Of a stretch of DNA of 64,000 bases, positions 55,805 through 64,000 are shown piece by piece. The notes under the pieces are model-generated. The model was not told where the DNA came from. It made no database searches and worked only from the letters and a program-made list of their open reading frames with translations. This DNA comes from Macrostomum lignano (Eukaryota), in NCBI GenBank assembly GCA_002269645.1, contig NIVC01003217.1, positions 1 to 64,000 of the forward strand, in the 5' to 3' direction. Positions within the stretch are counted from its first letter, which is position 1. Each line of letters begins with the position of its first letter. The translations under genes were made by a program, and so were the position numbers.

Positions 55805-56685
55805 GGTAGACTCGGACACAGATAGATGAGGTAGACTCGGACACAGATAGATGAGGTAGACTCGGACACAGATAGATGAGGTAGACTAGGACACAGATAG
55901 ATGAGGTAGACTAGGACACAAAGATAGATGATGTAGACTAGGACACGGATAGATGAGGTAGACTAGGACACAAAGATAGATGATGTAGACTAGGACACGG
56001 ATAGATGAGGTAGACTCGGACACAGATAGATGAGGTAGACTCGGACACAGATAGATGAGGTAGACTCGGACACAGATAGATAAGGTAGACTAGGACACAG
56101 ATAGATGAGGTAGACTAGGACACAGATAGATGAGGTAGACTCGGACACAGATAGATGAGGTAGACTAGGACACAGATAGATGAGGTAGACTAGGACACAG
56201 ATAGATGAGGTAGACTAGGACACAAAGATAGATGATGTAGACTAGGACACAGATAGATGAGGTAGACTCGGACACAGATAGATGAGGTAGACTAGGACAC
56301 AGATAGATGAGGTAGACTAGGACACAGATAGATGAGGTAGACTCGGACACAGATAGATGAGGTAGACTCGGACACAGATAGATGAGGTAGACTCGGACAC
56401 AGATAGATGAGGTAGACTAGGACACAGGTAGATGAGGTAGACTCGGACACAGATAGATGAGGTAGACTCGGACACAGATAGATGAGGTAGACTAGGACAC
56501 AGGTAGATGAGGTAGACTCGGACACAGATAGATGAGGTAGACTAGGACACAGGTAGATGAGGTAGACTAGGACACATATGAGGTAGACTAGGAAACAGAT
56601 AGATGAGGTAGACTAGGACACATATAAGTTAGACTAAGACACATATGAGGTAGACTAAGACACATATGAGGTAGACTAGGACACA
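55805..56685. repeat. Minisatellite, 25-bp unit GTAGACTCGGACACAGATAGATGAG
   Basis: Direct reading; intergenic. Confidence 0.96.
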
Positions 56686-57245
56686 GAAACTAAAGCATTG
56701 TCAGCTGCAATAGCGGTGATTTACATTACAGCTACGAGTATACAAGCACCTAATTTGCATGCATATTATTAGGCACTTTGAGGCGCATTACCTCTATAGA
56801 AATTAATTGCACGTGTCCTCACCTCACAGCACCAACTTTCGCATTTTGTGCCATTCGCTGTTCCGTTTTTCAGTCTGAACTACATGTTGCCACTTGTAGT
56901 GTACAGTCGTGCGCGTTGCAGCTATTTATAGTAGTATGCATGCACACTGAATATATGTAAATCTCTCTCTACACGGGGCGTCACTCTGCATAGCATGTAG
57001 CCATATAATAGGAAAATGCCAGCGAAATGATTAGCTGTACTGTAACATGCGGCTGGTGTTTTATGCAGATTTCTAAATGAGCATTGGTTAAATATTGCCG
57101 CAGGTGATAAGGTGGGGGAGAGAGTCAAGTCTATACAGATAAGGGCGAGTTTTTTGCTAAGCCAAGCGCTAGTTTTTGGTCGAAAACAGCACGATCCAAC
57201 CTGAGCAGTGGAGCCATTCTGCAGTACACGTAAGACGCTGCTGAC

Positions 57246-60200
57246 ATGACAGACCCGTTTCTGCTCGATCAAGCAGCACTGGAGGCCCGACTCACGGCTC
57301 TCCAGGAGACATTCGAGCGTTGGAGAGAGATTAGAGATTGTCGAGATGTCGCCGAATTTGTTGCCAAAGCGGATGAGTTCAATTGGTTGCTGGGTGAGTC
57401 ACTGATTGTTTAGAATGTTAGCTTCACCACTGCTTAGTGTAGATTCACCACTGCTTAGTGTAGATTCACCACTGTTTAGTGTAGATTCACCACTGTTTAG
57501 TGTAGATTCACCACTGTTTAGTGTAGATTCACCACTGTTTAATGTAGATTCACCACTGTTTAGTGTAGATTCACCACTGTTTAGTGTAGATTCACCACTG
57601 TTTAGTGTAGATTCACCACTGTTTAGTGTAGATTCACCACTGTTTAGTGTAGATTCACCACTGTTTAGTGTAGATTCACCACTGTTTAGTGTAGATTCAC
57701 CACTGTTTAGTGTAGATTCACCACTGTTTAGTGTAGATTCACCACTGTTTAGTGTAGATTCACCACTGTTTAGTGTAGATTCACCACTGTTTAGTGTAGA
57801 TTCACCACTGTTTAGTGTAGATTCACCACTGTTTAGTGTAGATTCACCACTGTTTAGTGTAGATTCACCACTGTTTAGTGTAGATTCACCACTGTTTAGT
57901 GTAGATTCACCACTGTTTAGTGTAGATTCACCACTGTTTAGTGTAGATTCACCACTGTTTAGTGTAGATTCACCACTGTTTAGTGTAGATTCACCACTGT
58001 TTAGTGTAGACTCACCACTGTTTAGTGTAGATTCACCACTGTTTAGTGTAGATTCACAATTTTTTAGTGTAGATTTACCACTGCTTGTATACTATACCAT
58101 CATTCACCAGCAGTTCACCATCATTCACCAGCAATTAACAATCATTCACCAGCCATTCAACGTCATTCACCAGCCATTCACCATCATTCACCAGCAATTC
58201 ACCATCATTCACCAGCCATTCACCATCATTCACCAGCAATTCACCATCATTCACCAGCAATTCACCATCATTCACCAGCAATTAACAATCATTCACCAGC
58301 CATTCAACGTCATTCACCAGCCATTCACCATCATTCACCAGCAATTCACCATCATTCACCAGCCATTCACCATCATTCACCAGCAATTCACCATCATTCA
58401 CCAGCAATTCACCATCATTCACCAGCAGTTCACCATCATTCACCAGCAATTCACCATCATTCATCAGCCATTCACCGTCATTCACCAGCCATTCACCATC
58501 ATTCACTAGCCATTCACCATCATTCACCAGCCATTCACCATCATTCACCAGCAGTTCACCATCATTCACCAGCAATTCACCATCATTCACCAGCAATTAA
58601 CAATCATTCACCAGCCATTCACCATCATTCACCAGCCATTCACCATCATTCACCAGCCATTCACCATCATTCACTAGCCATTCACCATCATTCACCAGCC
58701 ATTCACCATCATTCACCAGCCATTCACTGTCATTCACCAGCCATTCACCATCATTCACCAGCTATTCACCATCATTCACCAGCAATTCACCATCATTTAC
58801 CAGCCATTCACCATCATTCACTAGCCATTCACCATCATTCACCAGCTATTCACCATCATTCACCAGCAATCCACCATCATTCACCAGCCATTCACCAGCC
58901 ATTCACCATCATTTACCTGCCATTCACCATCATTCACTAGCCATTCACCATCATTCACCAGCCATTCACCATCATTCACCAGCCATTCACCATCATTCAC
59001 TAGCCATTCACCATCATTTACCAGCCATTCACCATCATTCACCAGCAATTCACCATCATTCATCAGCCATTCACCGTCATTCACCAGCCATTCACCATCA
59101 TTCACCAGCAATTCACCATCATTCACCAGCCATTCACCATCATTCACCAGCAATTCACCATCATTCACCAGCAATTAACAATCATTCACCAGCCATTCAC
59201 CATCATTCACCAGCCATTTACCATCATTCACCAGCAATTCTCCATCATTCACCATCATTCACCATCATTCACCAGCCATTCACCATCATTCACCAGCCAT
59301 TCACCATCATTCACCAGCCATTCACCGTCATTCACCAGCTATTCACCATCATTCACCAGCAATTCTCCATCATTCACCAGCAATTAACAATCATTCACCA
59401 GCCATTCACCATCATTCACCAGCCATTCCCCATCATTCACCAGCCATTCACCATCATTCACCATCATTCACCATCATTCACCAGCCATTCACCATCATTC
59501 ACCAGCCATTCACTATCATTCACCAGCCATTCACCGTCATTCACCAGCTATTCACCATCATTCACCAGCAATTAACAATCATTCACCAGCAATTAACAAT
59601 CATTCACCAGCCATTCACCATCATTCACTAGCCATTCACCATTATTCACCAGCCATTCACCATCATTCACCAGCCATTCACCATCATTCACCATCATTCA
59701 CCATCATTCACCAGCCATTCACCATCATTCACCAGCCATTCACTGTCATTCACTAGCCATTCACCAGTGATTCACGTCTCCAATCAATCGCCAATTCACC
59801 TGTTAACCGTTTCCCCCCCCCAAACGCCGCAGTGGAAATTTCCCAGGGCATTAAGAACGCCGGCTGGGATCTGGACGATCTGGAGGAGACGCTCAAAATG
59901 ATGTCGGAGAGCCGGCAGCTGTCAATCAGCGAAGCCGATCACCGGAACCGGCGCCAGTTCATCGAGAACGCGCGCCAATTGCTGAGCCAAATCAGCGCCG
60001 AGACTTTCCCAGCGCCGCAGGGATCGTTGCCGATCAATTCGACCACTAATCAGTTGCCGGCCGACGCTGAACTGCTCACTAGCGGCGGTGTGGCCACTGT
60101 GGGTCGGCTGCACAGCCATCCGCATCATTACGTCGAGGAGCCGGCTAGCTTGGACCTGCTGGATCCCGGAGACGCATCGTACAGTAGCGGCGGCGGCGGC

Positions 60201-60425
60201 GTTAGTCGATGGAAACGACGCCTTGGACAGCTTGGCGCCGTCAAAGGCTGCTGCTGTTTCGCAACGCGACTTCGAGCGCGGATCTTCTTGGCGGCGCTGC
60301 TGGCGGCGCTGCTGCTGCTGCTGATTGTCGGCATCGCCACGGCTGTCGGCAGGAGCCGCGGCGGAGATGAAGGCAACAATGGCACAACGCTGGAAGCTTC
60401 CAGTCCGACAACGGCCGGTACTTAA
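57246..60425 (+). CDS. Syntaxin-6/10 N-terminal (Habc)-like TM protein lacking a SNARE motif, paralog A (246 aa; exons 57246..57393, 59833..60425)
   Basis: MTDPF...LQETFERWREI...FNWLL-V-EISQGIKNAGWDLDDLEETL...RRQFIENARQLL matches the STX6 pattern EDPF...LFQRW...IEWDLEDLDETI...RKAFI. A low-complexity linker, GCCCF, a TM segment and a ~25-aa tail follow. The phase-1 GT-AG intron joins in frame. Confidence 0.8.
57420..59765. repeat. Two abutting 21-bp minisatellites: TTCACCACTGTTTAGTGTAGA (57420..58080) and TTCACCAGCCATTCACCATCA (58090..59765)
   Basis: Direct reading; together they fill the 2.4-kb intron of paralog A. Confidence 0.97.
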
Positions 60426-60574
60426 AATTGCATATTGAGTTCGGCTGAGCAAGCGGCTGGCTACTAATTGCCTTCCTATATATGTACTTTAAGCATGTAC
60501 TTTAGTGAAGTATTATTAGTTTTTGAAGAGTCTGGACCGTTCGTTTTGGCTCGGCCTCAGGCAAGCCATTGATT

Positions 60575-60890
60575 TTAGCGCCTCAACCCCCACTGGAAGG
60601 TAATTGGCGTCTCTATTAACCCCTTATCCACAGGCAGGAATTTTGGGCCTCAACCTCTCACTGCAGGTAATTGGGGCTCAACCCCCCCCCCCTACTGGCA
60701 GGTTATTAGAGCCTCAACCCCCCCCCCCACTGGCAGGCAATTGGGGCCTGCCTCAACACCTCACTGCAGGCAATTGGGGCCTCAACCCTCCCCCCCCACT
60801 AGCAGGTAATTTGGGCTCAACCCCTCACTGCAGGTAATTGGGGCCCCAACCCCCCCCCCCTACTGGCAGGTAATTGGGGCCTCAACCCAC
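60575..60890. repeat. ~40-bp degenerate repeat GGCAGGTAATTGGGGCCTCAACCCCCCCCCCCACT
   Basis: Direct reading. Confidence 0.85.
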
Positions 60891-61344
60891 ATTCTCGCGA
60901 ATTTTGAGCAAAGTATTTATTCTTGTCAAATTTCAATAAGCGAGACTTTCATATTTATTGTTAGCTTCCAACCAGCTAAACGAGCATTAGAAATGAAATT
61001 ATACCTTTCACTTGCTCCTTGCTCTACGCTGCTGAAAAATCATACTTATGATGCCGATTTGTTCTGAAATCAGGCTGAGGCTGTCTTCTTTTGCATTCCA
61101 AACCAACACTTTTTATTTGTAAACTGAACAGAAAATGTCAATCGCGCCTATTAATGGTTGAGTGCGCTGCGTTGAAAACATTTTTCCCATTTTTAGTGGA
61201 AGATTTGCGGCTTCCTACTCTTAGTAGAACAAATATATTTCGCTATAACAAGTTGTGGTGCATATTATTATGTAAATCTGCGAAATTCCAGTAAATTCAT
61301 CTCATTTTCTTTAAACAGTTACTTAGTATATTATCACTGTTGGC

Positions 61345-61633
61345 CACTCAGTCATTGAGAATCTGCCTCTCCGCTCACTCAGTCATTGAGAATCTGCCTC
61401 TCCGCTCACTCAGTCATTGAGAATCTGCCTCTCCGCTCACTCAATCATTGAGAATCTGCCTCTCCGCTCACTCAATCATTGAGAATCTGCCTCTCCGCTC
61501 ACTCAGTCATTGAGAATCTGCCTCTCCGCTCACTCAGTCATTGAGAATCTGCCTCTCCGCTCACTCAGTCATTGAGAATCTGCCTCTCCGCTCACTCAGT
61601 CATTGAGAATCTGCCTCTCCGCTCACTCAGTCA
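61345..61633. repeat. Minisatellite, 31-bp unit CACTCAGTCATTGAGAATCTGCCTCTCCGCT (~9 copies)
   Basis: Period 31 checked at 61345/61376. Confidence 0.97.
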
Positions 61634-62079
61634 TCTGCATCTTAACTGTTCCAATCGATAGCTAGAAGTACATTTATGTGTCAAAAAGTACAGAAGTCAT
61701 ACAGTACCAGGCCGAAAAGCTTGCATACACAGGAAGTGCATTGGTTTACTTAAAATAACGCAAATCCAAGTCAATGCTTCACAGTTTAAAGCTTCCTGTG
61801 CTTTCAACAACTGTTCTTTTCGATCTAATTGAACAGGAAATTTTATTGACGAGCAACACAAATATAAAAATTAATACCCCAATTTCACTATTCGAAACTG
61901 GCAAAATGTATTTCATTTATTGTGAGAATGATATTGAGACTTTATGTACGAGTACTTAATTATGCAAGCAAATATGGAGATCACACATATTAGCCTTGTT
62001 GAACTTCTGACAGATGGGCCAAAATGTGAGTGCCATAGCTGCTATCCAGTGCGATTTTAACACTCGTAACAGAAAGACC

Positions 62080-62855
62080 CCTGACACCGCATTCACCAAC
62101 TTCTGACCGCATCATTCACCAACTCATGACACCGCATTCACACACTCATGACACCGCATTCACCCAACTTCTGACAGCATCATTCACCAACTCATGACAC
62201 CGCATTCACACACTCCTGACACCGCATTCACCAACTTCTGACCGCATCATTCACCAACTCATGACACCGCATTCACACACTCCTGACACCGCATTCACCA
62301 ACTTCTGACAGCATCATTCACCAACTCATGACACCGCATTCACCAACTTCTAACAGCAGCATTCACCAACTCATGACACCGCATTCACCAACTCCTGAGA
62401 CCGCATTCACCAACTTCTGACAGCATCATTCACCAACTCATGACACCGCATTCACCAACTCCTGACACCGCATTCACCAACTTCTGACAGCATCATTCAC
62501 CAACTCATGACACCGCATTCACCAACTTCTAGCAGCACCATTCACCAACTCATGACACCGCATTCACCAACTTCTGACAGCACCATTCACCAACTCATGA
62601 CACCCTATTCACAAACCCCTCACAGCATCATTCACCAACTCATGACACCCCAGATTTCACCAACCTCTGACACCAGCATTCAGCAACCTCTGACAACACC
62701 ATTCATCAACCTCGGACATCACCATTCACCACCCTTTGACACCGCATTCACCAACTTCTGACACCCCATTTACCAACCTGTGATACCACTATTCACCAAC
62801 TTCTGACACCCCATTTACCAACCTGTGAAACCACTATTCACCAACTCCAGACACC
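62080..62855. repeat. Minisatellite, ~22-bp unit TGACACCGCATTCACCAACTTC
   Basis: Direct reading. Confidence 0.93.
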
Positions 62856-62961
62856 CTAAAGCATAATGATATTGACAATGTACATTATAAAGTTAATCAA
62901 CTATGACGTCATCAGTATATTAGCAACTGATTAATTAATTAATTAATTAGCATCGTCGCAA

Positions 62962-63578
62962 TCAGCACCACCAATGAGTCCAGTCTGGGGCGCAGGTCGG
63001 CCTCTCTGTGGGGGCCTCAGTGGAGGCGGCGGTGTGTTTCGCTGCCAGGACCACCACCGTGATGAAGACAATCAGGCACACAATGGCCAGCATGCCCAGC
63101 AGGTAGCGGTACCGGTACACCCAGCCTGCCCAGTCCCGGTTGTGAAATCGCATGCGTTCCAAGTCGCGCAGGCTGTCAATCTCGACAGTCGGGAATGTCA
63201 GCGAGCCGCTCGAGTTTGAAGAGTTCGAACTCTTGCGCCACGACATCAAAGGAACCGCAGCTGCTGTTCCGGCTGCTCCATTGCCGTCAGTTCTCGATCG
63301 GGTCTTGCCAGACTCCAGGTCGATCTCTTCATCTCCATCCTCGATTCCTTCATCGTCTGGCTCCGTAGCTTCGTTATTCGACGGCGTAGTGGTTGCCATG
63401 GCAACCTCCCTAGCAACCTCGTCAATGAAGCTGCGAACTCTGACTAAGAAAGCCGATCGATTGTCCCTGCTGGACGCTGATGCCAGGGCTGGCGAATTGG
63501 CTTTGAGCATGAGGCTCAGCGTCTCCTGCAGGTCATCGATTTCCCAGCCGATCGAGCGGACTGAGGTGGACAGCTCAT
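62962..63578 (-). CDS. Syntaxin-6 Habc-like TM protein lacking a SNARE motif, paralog B, last exon (first exon beyond window)
   Basis: Acceptor with branch GCTAAC and pyrimidine tract at 63579..63610. Translation D-ELSTSVRSIGWEIDDLQETLSLM...RSAFLVRVRSFIDEV, acidic linker, TM LLGMLAIVCLIVFITVVVLAA and tail ending CAPDWTHWWC. Same phase-1 intron position as paralog A. Confidence 0.8.
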
Positions 63579-63689
63579 CTGAGTCGATGAGGTGGGGGGA
63601 GGTTAGCAGCTAAATTGTTCCCCTTGGCAACCGAATTGGCCCAACATGAATTAACATGGCGCAATCGGAACTAAATTTGGTTTCCTAGC

Positions 63690-64000
63690 GACTAACTTTG
63701 GGCCCTAGCAACGAAGTTTTCCCCTTAGCAACCAAATTTCCCACCCTAGCAACCAAATTTTCTCTGCCCTAGCAACCAAGTCTTTTCTTCCCTAGCAACC
63801 GAGATTTCCCCTAAAAACCCTTTTTTTCTGCACTAGTATCCGAGTCTTCTCTGCCCTAGCAACGAGATTTCCCCTAACAACTAACTTTCCTCTGACCTAG
63901 CAACCAAGTTTTTTCTTCCCTAGCAACCGAGATTTCCCCTAACAACTAACTTTCCTCTTCCCTAGCAACAAAGTTTTCTCTTCCCTAGCAACCGAGATTT
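63690..64000. repeat. Minisatellite with CCCTAGCAACC(A/G)AG core in the intron of paralog B
   Basis: Direct reading; runs off the window end. Confidence 0.9.

Overview
Eukaryotic (metazoan) genomic DNA with GT-AG introns, GC-rich polyQ/polyS-containing exons and very dense 18-60 bp minisatellites. The style suggests a free-living flatworm such as Macrostomum (inference only). Left to right: a decayed Ty3/Gypsy LTR retrotransposon (minus) hit by a 5'-truncated SINE; the last two exons of a DMRT2/Dmrt11E-like gene (+); a PGAP1 gene (minus) traceable only to its GHSM nucleophile motif; an AT-rich divergent intergenic region with nested MITEs; RNF123/KPC1 (+, 15 coding exons); a full-length tRNA-derived SINE; a 3.5 kb (ACTG)n array; MOSPD2 (+); a YTHDC2-like helicase (+) whose YTH domain appears to have lost its m6A aromatic cage; and a convergent pair of syntaxin-6-like genes with Habc and TM segments but no SNARE motif. 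Almost every long intron is filled by its own tandem repeat, and one of these units matches the SINE's Pol III B-box. Exon boundaries were derived by hand from splice signals, frame continuity and remembered similarity to known proteins. No database searches were run, and repeat-array ends are approximate.
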